A stretch of DNA of 64,000 nt from Octopus sinensis (taxonomy: Eukaryota): contig NC_043004.1 of NCBI RefSeq assembly GCF_006345805.1, positions 72,230,001 through 72,294,000 of the forward strand. The letters are read 5' to 3'. Positions 50,410 through 64,000 of the stretch are shown piece after piece. Positions within the stretch are counted from its first letter, which is position 1. Each line of letters begins with the position of its first letter. The position numbers were made by a program, and so were the translations under genes. The notes beneath the pieces were generated by a model that saw only the letters and a program-made list of their open reading frames with translations, searched no databases and was not told where the DNA came from.

Positions 50410-53400
50410 CTTTTTATTGTAGCCACACAGGGCTAAACACAGAATAAAAATGGACGAAATACAATGTAGAATTTTTTCTTTTCGAGGTGGAATGGGTGGG
50501 GCAAAAAAAACAAAAAAAAAACGTTTGATCAATAAGGATCTGTGGGTTGTGTGGTGTATAAAAAAGCAATATATATATATATATATATATAAGGTTCACA
50601 GTTTAGGTGTAGTCTTGGAAAGAAAAACCTACAAAAAAGACCAAGGTCACCTCAGACAATTCGAAAAAGAACACATGAGTAAGTCGCCTTACTTTTCGTT
50701 GTCTCTTTTGGTTACAGATTTATGCTTAAAATAGTGTCGTCTTTCATACTGACCATTTTTGCCACTTTTACCCACTTTTTATTAAAACATTCGTTCGACA
50801 AAGCCTTCCTCTCTATTCTCATCCTCCTTTTCAAGTGGTACTTGAAAAAGTTGACGAGAGACTGACCAGAGAGGAAGGTGTTTGTTTGCAGTCCTTTCAA
50901 ACGCGTCCACCACACACATTCTTTCGCCATAGCCATCAGCGTAACGAAAACCGTTTTCCCTTCCCGTTTAAAGGAAGGTGGTGGAACAATACGCACCATA
51001 GACTCGGCCGATAGGCGGGCCCGAACTACACGTGACAACAGCTGTTCGACGAATGTCCACTGCTCTGAAATATCTGGACACTGCACGAGTGCGTGCAGAA
51101 CGGTTTCGTCGCTCTGACCGCATCTCGGGCAGGTCGGTCCGGTGATGGTTTTCGAACCGTATCTGTAGCTCTTCTCTCGAACAGGTAGTGCGTCTCGATA
51201 GCACTGCCAAGCCAGGGATTTCTGGAAGTTATCCATAGGCCCCGGCCCGAACGTCGTCCTGAACAGGCAGGTTAGGAATTTCTCGTCGACGCCCAGGTTT
51301 GCCCCTAGTGTGTCGTCGGACTTTCCCTCCACTAGTCCTCTATAGAACGCTTTAGTCGTTTGTAAGTTGCACAAGTTTGACCCCGGTCGGCAGAGCTGCT
51401 GTAGAGCTTGGCGACACTCTCGGTGCCAATCGCCCAGTTTCGGTCTCTTCTTGATCCACGTTTGCAGTTCGGTCAGTGAGACGAGCTGCGGAAAGGCGCC
51501 CCTCACAAACGGCGCCCACTCCTGTTCACCGTCGTCGATGAAGTTCCAGAGATGCCGCAGTCTCAGCGCATGCCTGCGCATCATCAACCACGGCATTTCC
51601 AGTCCTCCATTCAACGGATGTTGACAGCAAATGGACTTCCTCACCATCGGAACGCCACCCTTCCGCAGGAAACGGAAGAGTATGCGTTCGAGTTTGGTGA
51701 TGGTGGCGTCGGGACAAGGCACGACGGTCAGGCAATAATCGATGACGGATGCAATGTACGCATTCGCCATCTCCGCCCGGCCTTTTAGAGACAGCTTTCT
51801 CTCGGCCCATGTTTGGCTGAGAGCGACCACTCTACTCGTGATCTCGTCCCAGTTCTTATCCATTGGGAGGTCCGGACTGATCCAGACCCCGAGCAATTTA
51901 ACCGGTCCGTCTGTCCAGCGTCCCACTACTGAGACGCAGTCGGACGGCATGGGCTTGCTTCTCCAGGTGCCGAGTAGCAAACCCACTGACTTTTCCGGGT
52001 TAATCTTCGCTCCCGTCACCGTTTCGTATTTTCTTAGTGTCTCGCCTATCATCTGGATGTGTTTGTCGCTCGACACTATGATGGTGACATCGTCCGCATA
52101 TGCCGACACGCTCGTCCTGCAACCCAGTTCCCGTGGAATGTCCCTCAGTGTCGCCAGCTTCCGCAGTAGCGGCTCGAGAGTCAATACATACAGAAGCGCC
52201 GACAGGGGACACCCCTGACGGACCGAACGCGTGATGTCAAACGGTTTCGATAGGTGACCGTTCACCCGAATCACCGATCGGATGCCGCTATACAAGGCAG
52301 CGATCCAACCGCGGAAGACGGCCGCCAAGTACCGATGGTCGACCCTATCGAAGGCTTTAGACTGATCCAAATTGATCAGCGCCCCACCCATGCCAGGATC
52401 CTTAACTACCCTGTCCACAATGTAGCGCATCAGATGGAGGTTGTCATGTATGGTTCTGCCCGGCACGGCGCATGTTTGCGCCCTGTCGACCAGTTTACCA
52501 ATGACAAGCGCCAACCTCTCGGCTATTACTTTGGCCAAAATTTTCAAATCTGCGTTGAGCAGAGTGATGGGGCTGAAATTATCTATAAAATTCCCCTTGT
52601 TTGGGTCTTTCTTCAGCAACGTCACTGCACCTCGGCTCACGAAACCGGGGATACTCCCGTTTTGTTGCCAGTTGCAGTAGACTGATACCAAGAGATCGCC
52701 AAACAAGTCTGGCATTTGACAATACAGCTCGTAGGGTAAACCATCCAATCCAGGCGACTTATCCCTTGCGCAGCCCGCCATCGCATCCCACACGTCAGCG
52801 GCTGTGATGGGACTTTCACAACACTCCACTTCTCTTGCCGAGAGCCGCGGCAAGTCGGTCAGGTAGGCACTGAAATCCATCCCGCGTTCCGACCCACCAC
52901 TCGCACCAAACAGTCGAGCAAAGTGCTGTTGAAAGGCCTCACACATCCTTTCGGGTTCGAGTAAACTGCATCCCTGTTGTTCTATTAGAGACCGAATGGT
53001 GGCTCTGTTGCCACGCTGCGCCTCCGCTACCCGGGCCTCTCGCGCAGCTTCGATCCCTTCGTTCCTTAAGGCACGCATTTTAGCTCTGACGACGCAACAT
53101 TCGTGCTTGGCGTTGAGGTGTTGGTCGAGGGCCATCCTCGCAGCCAGCGCGTTGGTTGCGCTGCCAGTTGTAAGTGCCTCATCTAGTTTCTTAACTAGGT
53201 CTCCCCCTACTCTGTTTCGATCTATCGCTAATTCCTTGCTAAACCTAATTGATTCCGATTTTATTGCCATTTTCAGCGCCCTCTTAATTAACTCTCTAAT
53301 CCGGTTCCTGTAAACCTGTCGCGCTAAGAGTGACGTGTTCAGTTTCCAGTAACCGGGACCCTGTCTATGTGTCTTATCTAAGTCGAGCGTACACGTCACA

Positions 53401-54987
53401 AATTTGTGATCTGTGTAGCTAACTATTTTAAATTGTGGACATCCTACACTATCCCTATCCGCTGTCCTGCATAGAATTCTATCTCGACGATCCGACGCGG
53501 TTTGTTCAAGTCCACGTTGGCACGTTCGGATGGTCGAGTCGGAACCTGTCAGACAAATGGAAACGTCTGAGTAGGTCTTTGAGGCACTTACACCCCCTTC
53601 TATTCCTATCCATTCCCACATAATCTAGATGCATGTCCAAGGTAGCGTTCCAAACCCCTATTAACAGTAAAGTTCTAGACGTACCCAAGAAAACCTCTAG
53701 ACGTCTGAAGAAATCCGCCCGACCCGTTAAGGACGGTGCATAAACTGCCATCAGACTGGATGCACACCCATTTCTGCCATTCACGTCCAAGACAACCAGC
53801 CTGCCGTCCGGGTCTAGGAATGTTGTTCTTACTTTTACATTTAGACTCTTTCGAAAAAGCACCGCGGTACCTCCACCACCCATGTTCGGCAGACAGGGAG
53901 AAAAATAAATGTGAAATTGATCGCCAAACATGGACGTTCAGTGACTTGATGTCGTTTAGAAGGTAACCTTGCTTCCAAGCCGACGCCGATTCACGCGCAT
54001 TCACACAACCTAATTTAAGCATAATTGACGTTTACGAAAATTGTGTTTCACACACTACATTGGAAGAGACAAGAGGCAAGAGGAAAGGTCACTTACTCAT
54101 TTCGAAAGTTTCATTTTTTTTCTTCTTCTTTTGTAGTGTCTTTGATGAGGTGTTTGTATAGTTTTTGGAGAGGTATCGTTGAAACCCGCCTACCGCATTT
54201 GGAAATATTGTTTTCAGTGTATGGTGTTGTGTTTGTGTTATGTGTACAATTTTTATGAGCTTCGGTGGTGTGGTGCGCGGATGATTGTTTGTCTTAAAGT
54301 CATCTTCACAGATGTCCGTGTTGGATGCAATGTAATCCATTAATTTTTATTGTCTGTGTCTATTGCAGTTAGTTGTGTGTGTGGTTTTGCGGGTTCATTG
54401 ATTTTTTGATTGTCTAGGGGGATGCTGTCCGGAGTTAAATATCTCCCTGCTTTACTTCCTTGTTTGGTGGGCTTTTTTTATCTTTTCCTTTTACCCCCTG
54501 TGGCTATTTGCCATTCCGTCGAACTTTCGTCGTCCGACGTATCAGAAAGGGGTAAAGGCAAAGCATTTGTGTTAATATGTATGCTTGTAGAAATTGTTGA
54601 TGTTTTGTGCGGTGTTTGTGTTGTTGTGGTGTTAGGGGTAGAATTTGTCTTCTCGTCACTGTTTTCTGTCTTTTTAATTGTCGTCCTGGGTGTTGGTGTG
54701 GGTCTTTTTTTCTCCTAGCGTTTCCAGACTAGGAAAATGCTGGTCCATAAAAGAACGCGAGCAGCGTTCTACAATAAAATTTCTCGACATTAAAAAATGT
54801 CGAGAAGAAAATTACACAAATTAAATAGGGTTGAAACTGCCCCTAGGGGCGAATTCCTCCCTTGGAAAAGCACTCAAACGAAAGTTGGGTGCCTTACACA
54901 CCTTATTTACAAAAATGTACACAAAATATGGGCTATAAATAGTCAAAATAAACGATTACCTTCGGAACCGAAGTGACAGCACGTCCG
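50409..54987 (-). mobile_element. Tx1/L1-type retrotransposon B between (GATA)n tracts; ORF1 internally deleted
   Basis: 5' end CGGACGTGCTGTCACTTCGGTTCCGAAGGTAATCG and 3' end TGTGTTTAGCCCTGTGTGGCTACAATAAAAAG are homologous to those of element A. Confidence 0.93.
50712..54022 (-). pseudogene. ORF2 of element B: RT-to-C-terminus region open (about 920 aa), two frameshifts in the endonuclease
   Basis: MLKLGCVNARE (54022), GVWNATL..RLDHPNVPTWT (53506..53931), then ORF 50712..53621 with GYWKLNTSLL, SPGLDGLP, AFDRVDH, QGCPLS, AYADD and CPRCGQSDETVLHALVQC. Confidence 0.92.
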
Positions 54988-54988
54988 T

Positions 54989-54994
54989 AGATAA

Positions 54995-55064
<70 letters not shown>

Positions 55065-55181
55065 GGATGGATGGATGGATGGATGGATGGATGGATGGAT
55101 AGATAAATAGATAGATAGATGGATGGATGGATGGATGGATAGATGGATGGATGGATAGATAGATAAATAGATGGATGGATG

Positions 55182-55232
<51 letters not shown>

Positions 55233-55370
55233 TGATAGATGGATTGATGGATGGATGGATGGATGGATGGATGGATGGATGGATGGATGGATGGATGGAC
55301 AGATTGATGGATGGAGGGACGGACGGACGGACGGACGGATGGACGGAAGGATGGATGGATGGGTATGCCC
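54989..55370. repeat. (GATA)n/(GGAT)n/(GGAC)n compound microsatellite; related tracts at 44310-44452 and 50325-50408
   Basis: Direct reading. Confidence 0.95.
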
Positions 55371-55488
55371 TGGTGTGTATGCAAGACGTGTATATTTTTT
55401 TGTGTGTGAACATACATACACACATATGCATGTGTGTATGTATATATGTATGTGTGTATGTATGTATTAATATATATATGTATATATC

Positions 55489-55531
<43 letters not shown>

Positions 55532-56552
55532 GAATGCATGTATATAATTTTTAACAATTTTTTCCTTCTTTTCTTTTCCAGACGGTTACTCTAATCATGA
55601 TCATTGAGAAATACAGATAACTTCATAAGTCTTTAACAAATTTTACCTTTTCTTTTCCAGGTCAGGAATATACTAGAGATGATTTGATCATCTCAGTCCT
55701 TTTCAAGTAGAATACACTTTATTCCGGAAGTTGTGTATCATTACGTTATAATTGTATACATGCATACATACATACATACATACATACTCATGTACGTGCA
55801 TACGTACGTATAGCACATATACACAGATAAATGGATAGACAGACAGACACAGAGATAGTGGAAATGAAGTGATGAATAAAATTATTATAGGAAGAACAAG
55901 GTTCAATGTAAATATTATTAACATAACGCTTTAATGGGAATAGAAATAGTTGTAACATTTCGGACGTGAGACCTTTACTGGAAGAAAGACAAAAGCATGT
56001 GGAACTGCGTAGACGGAGTATTCAGTGTGAGAGAGAAAGAAGCAGACGAAGTGTTAGGAAATGCGGTTCTAAGAAGTTAAAGAAGGAAGTTAAGAAGGAA
56101 GGAGAGGTGAATGTTGATGTGCAAGTATAGACGAGTATTAATGTGTGGTAAATGGCACATAAGGAACTGGTATGTGAGTGGTTGTTTGACATGTGTGATG
56201 AAAGCGGGGATGTGTGAAGATATAGGGACGAACGAGAATTAGGCAAGAGAAATGTGGAAGGTGTGATCGATGTGTGTGTGTGTAAATGTATGAGTGTGAG
56301 TTTTTTCTTACATAGAAGGAATGCTTGAGCTAAAAGAAGCAAACGAGAGTGAAAAGACACGAGTCCTGTGAGAGAAAAATGGAGGGAAAAATATCTAAAA
56401 ACTACAAGACATTGGTAAAATCTAAATCAAAAGCAAATAAGAGGAAAATACACATACATGTATATGTGTATATAGATAGATAGATAGATAGATACATACA
56501 TACATACATACATACATACATACATACTGACAGACAGACAGACAGACAGACA

Positions 56553-56602
<50 letters not shown>

Positions 56603-56604
<2 letters not shown>

Positions 56605-56819
56605 GTAATCCCTCGCAATATCGCAGCTCACCTATCGCGGTTTATTATTTAAGCTTACATCGATTCGTCCGTGGTGTTATTTTACATTTATGATTAAAAA
56701 GATGTAAACAAATTATAATTTTTTTTAATATACTGTACAGTACTTTTTCTACTTCGCGGATTTTCACGTATCGCGGGAGGTTTTGAAACGCAACATCCGC
56801 GATAGTTGAGGGATTACTG
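56603..56819. mobile_element. pogo/Tigger-like MITE
   Basis: GAGTAATCCCTCGCAATATCGC ... GCGATAGTTGAGGGATTACTG|TA inverted termini. Confidence 0.75.
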
Positions 56820-57369
56820 TATATATATATTAATGTTTGTATTACTGTCAAGTTATGAAAACTATTTAACGTTAAACTGAAAGAGTACACTATATCATTT
56901 AGTTTTGGACGTATTTATTAATCTTAAATCTTTTACAAAGAGAGACGAAACAGTGACTTCGAAGGTTCTACCTGCTCGCCTTCGTCATATTGACAACAAA
57001 TGTGTGTGTGTGAGAGTGTGTGTGTGTGTGTGTAAATCCTATGTGCATTTGCACACGTCTAAGAACGCTGATCCTTGTAACTTTGATGCTAGGTAAGGTA
57101 CTGATTCGACGATCAACCAATGATAAAATGAGTAACAAACTGCACTTATTGTCCAAGTGATTTAATCTCAGACTTTTTTGATTGAGGCTAAAAACATCTC
57201 ATCGTTTCACAGGTTTATCAGCCATTAAAAATGCCACTGTTTGACTCTATTTTATTACGAAATTGTAATAAACATACATTATTAGGTATCAGAAGCTTTC
57301 GTTGCCCATATCCTCCATGATTTTAGCACTACTTCACTGGATCTGAGATGAAATATTTTGATGTAATAC

Positions 57370-57456
<87 letters not shown>

Positions 57457-59045
57457 TGTATATTAAATTAATAATTTGCAGAGATGGAGTATACATGTAA
57501 AGGTGAGGAACACAATCCGGGTACCTTTCAACGTAAGTCTTTCGATCTGATCTCACCTAGAGATAAACAACATATGCGTGTCATTTAAATTTACAATATG
57601 TTACTGGTATTTATCTTCTATGCCGCACCCTATGATGAATTGCAATGTTTAACCATATAGTCTTTTTAAGATTTAACTAAGTACCAAATCTACAGAATCA
57701 TCCTGACTTGGCACATTAAAAAGTGAAATTAAAATACACCAGTATGCATGTGTTGTTTATCTCCAGGTGAACTCGGATCGAAAGATTTATGTTGAAAGGC
57801 ACTCTGATTGTGTTCCTCACCTTTTCGTGTATACCAAGAAAGACATCTAAGGTGAGCTAGTAATTTCAAGGTGATAGGAGATAATTTGAAGGAACGTATC
57901 TGATACTTTAATAACTCTACCATGATAGAATTATTATAAGCGTGTACGAGTGTTTGTGAGTTTGTAAGAGGGAGAGAAAGAGAGCGATAGTGGGAGAGAG
58001 GGACTAAACTGCTATGAGACTTAAGATTGTCTTCAATTTTAACTTCTCTTTGACGAATTCACTCAAACAAAAATATCCGTTATCGTAACTTATTTAAACT
58101 ACCCACTCTTTTATCATATTCCCACACTCACACAGGCTAATGGTAATTTCACACATTGCACTCTGTATATTTTTATACTCCAAAAATATCCTTTTCAGTT
58201 TTTTGAGGATGGAACAGAAAAACATCTGCCGGGTGTAGATGTAGTATTTTTAATCGACCACACTGCTACTTCTATGGCATGTTCAGCAAATTCTTTAAGA
58301 AAACACCTGAGTCGGTTTTACAATATACGTGCAAATGTTTTGTTAGGTTCCTTATTTCAGAGTTTATATTTCCTCGTCCTGTAAGACACTGGACGATATT
58401 ACTCAAACACACATCTTTACATATTTTCTGGCCATATGCTCAGTAAACTTTCTGGAACATTCTGTTGCACACAAAGACAAGTTCACAGATTTAGTTTCCG
58501 AATGTAATATTCGTTGTAATTATTATCTTTCTGCACTTTTTCCCACGATCCGTTGAGATCCTGTTATATCGTTGTTAAATAAAACATCTTTATCCCAAAA
58601 AAATAGACTTGTCTTTCATATTTTTAAAACATTTTCCTGTACTCTATATCAACTTTGATGTTTAAAATTAATGCTAAACAGTTGACCCTGACGTGAGAAA
58701 TATCATCTGGCGACCAACCCAAGCAACGATTGAAAGAATCTTTTAAACTTTTATACTAAGTTTTAAGATCGGTGAACTTTAAAATAAGAGTTTTCCAACT
58801 TTACGGCGTCTCCGATTACGACTTGGGAAAATACTCTGCTCAGTTCCACCTCAGTACTTTCTACAGAGAGTAGTTTTGCAGTAAACAGTGACTTGCAACC
58901 GTAACCGGTCTGAAGTCATTCTTTGCCACTCAAATATTGCCCTAAATCTCAAACTTCGTCATCGATAGAAAACACTCGTTGAATCATCGTATTGTCTTCG
59001 CCTACGAAAAGCAGAACAAAGCATTGATGAAATGAAGGAACCAGA
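56603..59045 (+). repeat. Segmental duplication block 1, copy B
   Basis: Collinear with 1991-4326. Confidence 0.95.
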
Positions 59046-60102
59046 TTCTTTCATGACTAAAGAATAAATATTAGTTACGCTGATTGCAGTGGATCCTGGT
59101 TTATCACTTTCGAGAGTATTTAAGTTTTTTTTCCTTTTACGTTCTATATTAGACTAAAGAAGTGTCTACGACATTCCATCTTGGACTTTTAATTCCTCTT
59201 CTTTTCAGTGATTGGACAAATTTTCCCTTTTTTAATTACTTTCTGTACAATAATTCATCGCAGGTTTGAGTATGTAGGTCATTTTCCTTTAGTTATTCAT
59301 TTTGTAATTTGTATTCTTTTAGTTTCATGTAGGATAGTGCTATCTATGCTTGTAGCCAATTTGCTTATAGCTTTCTGCACACGCCCGCATGGATATTATC
59401 AATGATACAAGCACAAACTCACAGACTGCTCATCTGAGTAGTGAGTGAACCAGCATTTGTTGTTTGAAGTTTCTTCACTTTTACTCTGCAACTTGTCATT
59501 CATATTCACTTATGACTTTAGAAATCACAAGAATAGAGAAAAGCTGTAACCCAGTACAACTTGTTTCATGGTCGAAACGTCAAGGACTAATCTAGCAACA
59601 CCATCAAAACCCACCTTACACCAAATGATGAATAAAATGGGTTTTGGACACACTGTAAGATGAAAAGCGAAACCAGTCAAAAGGCAGATGAAGTCAGAAG
59701 AGACAACAGAAATCTACTTTTTGAGACACAACATCGATATCCAATGATTGCACAAATTGGTTGATGCTACAAATGTATCTTAGTTGTTGTTTACATTTAT
59801 GACAGACCTATATCTATTAAATCAATAAGTTTGAATTGAGAAGCTGAGGAATTAAATAAGTTTAAGTTTTATTATCGATTTCCAGGAAGTTGTTATTAAT
59901 CTTTAATCACTGACCATCACCGATTAAGCAGTCAATATGACCAAAGGCCTTTGAGACTCAAATATTTTTTTGTTTTTGTAACATGCCGTATCGGTAATGC
60001 AACATTATCCAACGGTGCATTCACTGTTAAAATTTGAGGAAAACATGGGAACTCTTTCCAGCATATCGAGCTACCACAAAGAGAATTATCCATGGGGATT
60101 AT

Positions 60103-60755
60103 ATCAGGTTGAGTAAAAAGTAAGCAACGTTTTGAAACATGAAGAACTTGTACCGGATTTGTGCAGAGTTTAGAATTTCTTTAGAACGTTTTTTCAAAAG
60201 TTCGATAATACAGACATAGACTTGTCCAAATGCATCACTGAATTAACATTGATATTTTTTCATCGTTGTTACAATAATCTGAAATGGAACTCTCAAAACG
60301 CGATATTCAAGTAATTTTGCTATTCAACTTCAAAACAGGACGTAAAGTAGCTGAAATTGCTCGTGATGCCAAAAAAACGTTTGGTGATGAAATGACCAGT
60401 GAGTGGTCAGCTCGAAAGTGGTTTAAACGATTTCACAGTGGAGATCTGAGCCTTCAAGATCGTGAGCGTAGTGGAAGCCCGTCTGTTATCAATTATGGTC
60501 AATTAAAGACTGTCATTGAGAAAGATTGAAGTAAAACCACTCGAGAACTGGCAACAGAATTTCAGATTAGCCCGAAAGCTGTCTCCAGCCATTTGCATAC
60601 GATTGGAAGATCAAAAATGCTCGACAAATGGGTACCACACGATTTGATTGAAAATCAGAAAATGCGCAGGTATGAAATTTGCTCGTCGCTTCCTCTCCGT
60701 AGCCGGACCGTTTGTATCTTGCGATGAAAAGCGGAGTCTGTACAATAATAAAAAT
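60103..60755 (+). mobile_element. mariner 5' half (HTH plus first catalytic Asp), truncated at the palindrome
   Basis: TIR-like TATCAGGTTGAGTAAAAAG; MELSKRDIQVILLFNFKTG..WFKRFHSGDLSLQDRERSGSP, DKWVPHDL, CDEKRSLYNN. Confidence 0.85.
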
Positions 60756-60983
60756 GATAAATGATAAATTATCTTTAGATAAAATGAACCTATAACTAGA
60801 ATTATTAAGCATAACAATAAAAATACAAACAAGTATTTCAATAGTTACAACAACAACAACACAACAACAACAACAGCGTTGTTGTTGTTGTAACTATTGA
60901 AATACTTGTTTGTATTTTTATTGTTATGCTTAATAATTCTAGTTATAGGTTAATTTTTATCTAAAGATAATTTATCATTTATC
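60756..60983. repeat. Near-perfect palindrome, about 105-bp arms, 17-nt spacer
   Basis: 60756-60860 is the reverse complement of 60878-60983 with about 2 differences. Confidence 0.95.
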
Positions 60984-61366
60984 TTGCTGGCTGTCTGGGA
61001 GTTATCATTATTTTCAAATGTAATATTTTTCTGTATACCATACCTTAGTTGATGCTGAGTTAATAATAGTCCTTATTAATATTAAAGGTATTTTTATTAG
61101 ATGAGAGGTAAGTAATTCTACGTTGAATATTTAAAACTAAACATTTAGTTATTGTTTTGGGATGATTACTATCATAATTAATATATGTTAACTTTGAATT
61201 AGGTTTGGGATATGGTGCATGGTTGCCTGTGAGTAGGTTATGGTTGACATCTAACAGGTTTACGGAACTATGTTCGTTTTCTACAGAAATTTTCAAGAAT
61301 TTGTGAAATTTCTTCTTCTAATTTTCTAATTTGTATATGTTTGTGAATTCTTGAAATTTTCCAATT

Positions 61367-61415
<49 letters not shown>

Positions 61416-62217
61416 TGATATCTGATATGATATACGAGCGGGTTTCGCAAAATGCCTGATTGGATGTCCAAACTTCCGACATTTTTACAGGGCTTAGAAA
61501 AACTGATGGACCACTGCAATAAGTGTATGAATCTGAGAGGAGAATATGTTGAGTAAAATAGTAATTACTTGGTCCTCCTGTATTTTCTCTTACCCAAAGC
61601 TAGCAACTTTTCTCCATCCCCTCCTGTGGACATGTTTGTAGAAGTGCCTGGCTTAGTAGTTAGGAGTGTTGCACACATGATCGTAGGAGTATAAAGTGTG
61701 CAACTTTTAAAATTTCAAAACCTTTAAATCTTTATAAATTCTTCTTCGAGGTTTCTTGAAATGTGTGAAGTTTATTAAACTTTTAAATTTTTTCTCTAAA
61801 CAGTTGTTTCTTTAGCTGTATTTTGTGATTTCTTTAAAACAAAATACTGAAAGGAACTTTTCACATTTTCTTGTTTTGTTCTAAATTGATTTTAACTTCT
61901 TTTAACTGCTTTTGACTTCCCTTAATTTATTCAGTTACAGAATTTCCTCATCATCCCTTAACTTCCTAACCTCTCCTACAAACGGCGTTATCTTGTAGTC
62001 TCTCTATACTATATCATAAAACTGATCCTTCGACGGACCAGCGTCTTGTCAGGGGTTGGGGAATAAGAATATATAGGCGACAGAATACGGGAAAACCGGC
62101 CTTATGCACCTAGAGCTTGGGAAATATTTTTCATCCTTTATGTGTGCATGTGTGTGTATATGCATGCATATTTACACACACACACACACATATATAAATA
62201 TATATACACACACATAC

Positions 62218-62248
<31 letters not shown>

Positions 62249-63930
62249 TGTATGTATGTATATATGTATGTATTTGTGTGTGTATGAGGAATGTTGGGGA
62301 ATCAGGAAATATATCTTTTCAGAATTCAGAATGTAGATTCTCGGGTCGGAGAATGTTTATGATTTCATATCTCTCTTCTGTGTTCTGTAGTTTGAATATT
62401 TTTCTCTTCCAAAGGAATAAGTCCACACGGCTATTTTTGTCTTTTAGAAATATTTTTTAATTCCTATAATCGCTCATCCAGCAAAGTACAGACCCGCTTT
62501 GCCATGTTAAATAGTATGTTTCTTTTTTGTGTGTGTGTGCATGTGTGTGCATGAAAGAACGAAAATTCAAGTTTTCATGCATGGCTGTTGTTGGATAGAA
62601 AAGATATCGTTATCTTCTTTTCACCTTTGATAATATGTGTGTCCAAAAATGGCAGGTTTTGTGTGTTATTCTGTTGTAAATTTCGCGAAGTAATGAGCCT
62701 ATTTAGGAGGAATGGAAAATTCCTAGGCCTTTTTGATTTTTGTTCCAAAATATGAAACATTTATCAAAATTCCGTTTCCAGTTGTCATCCATGTAAATGG
62801 AGAATTTGGATCAAATCTAATGTTAAGAATTGGTTATCGTTTTAAACTGTATGGGCAGTTTTTTGTTTCTTTTTTTGTTCTTGTTTCTATAAAGCGAAGG
62901 TTACGTATTTCTATCCCCATACAGTTTAAAATGATAACCAATTGTTAATATTGTATTTGACCCAGATACTTGGAATTATGAATTACTTAGGGACCAAAAT
63001 CGAGGTATTATTAATATGTATTTCTTTCTGAATCTTAACTTCAAACTGTGATACAAATAAATCAACTATACATCCACAACTCTCCATTTTCTTACCTTAT
63101 TAATATATCTATAATATAAATTGGACACGGTCGATCGTTGTCTTGAGGTTCACAGCCAAACGGCTGGGTGGCTTTGCGTGAAAAATAGCACACATATGTA
63201 GACGGGTGCATAGATTGGAATGCGGTTTGTATTTTTCCTAGCCCTCATAGTTACCGAGAAAATCGATTAAATCTTTCTAATGGAATTCCCCCAGGCTAGG
63301 TGCAAATTCGTTCTTCACAACTCCTGAAGCTGTTTTCTGACACGGGTGAGGGGAGTTAGGAAATTTTCATACAGCTAGAGGCTCCAATCGAAACAGGGGA
63401 CCCGAAATGTTAGGGTTGAGAAACACTTACAGATTATGCCTAACTGAAAACGATCACAGCCACATCATCCAAACAGACCGGGTGAAACCAGGCTTAGCAG
63501 CTAGTATATATATATACATACATACAAACATACTAACACACGCACACACATATATATGTATACATATACATACATACATACATACATAAAGAAACTGGAA
63601 TAAAAAAGGCCATGTATTTAAAAGAAGTTACAAGTTGAAACAAGAAACATCTTTGTAGTCTTATAGACGCTGAGACATTAAGTCGTCGATAAATTTAAAG
63701 CTAATGAAAAGGTAATATTTACTTCCGGTTGCTGAATACGAAACATATATTAACATCGAGTTAAAAGATAATCATTGATGATCGATTTGTTGAGTTTAGC
63801 TTATTTCTTCTTAACATACCTTTATAATGATTTTACACGGGTAAATGACTATTTCTGGTGAATGGTGATCTAGTTACCTTTCTGTACCTAAAACAATAGT
63901 TTTAATGCAATTTTCTAATAAAAAAAACAG
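60890..63930 (+). repeat. Segmental duplication block 2, copy B; likely continues past the window end
   Basis: Collinear with about 9560-12985 but lacks the SINE at 11494-11913. Confidence 0.95.
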
Positions 63931-64000
63931 TTTATATCAAACAAAAGTTATTAGTTAAAGGGTTTTTTTTCATTACTCGAGACAAGAGACACTGGGGACA

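Overview
Eukaryotic, AT-rich, microsatellite-dense DNA made up almost entirely of repeats. The SINE families and the mix of TEs look like an octopus or other cephalopod genome; this is an inference, not a search result. There is no prokaryotic gene organisation and no CRISPR array. Main contents: (1) two copies of a long tandem/segmental duplication about 51-55 kb apart (1991-4326 with 56603-59045; about 9560-12985 with about 60890-63930); (2) one well-supported host exon (23904-24233) encoding a signal-like segment plus a PAN/apple domain, with weaker candidates for a start exon and a decayed C-type-lectin-like exon; (3) two related, essentially full-length Tx1/L1-type retrotransposons arranged head-to-tail, each bounded on both sides by (GATA)n; (4) R4/Dong-type retrotransposons, two of them tandem in (TAA)n; (5) an RTE/Rex3-like LINE with a (GGAT)n tail, Penelope fragments with a minimal hammerhead-ribozyme motif, Helitrons, Tc1/mariner/DD37D, MULE and Chapaev relics, and four tRNA-derived SINEs. 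Most short ORFs in the supplied track are microsatellite translations or antisense TE fragments. All identity figures are by-eye estimates.
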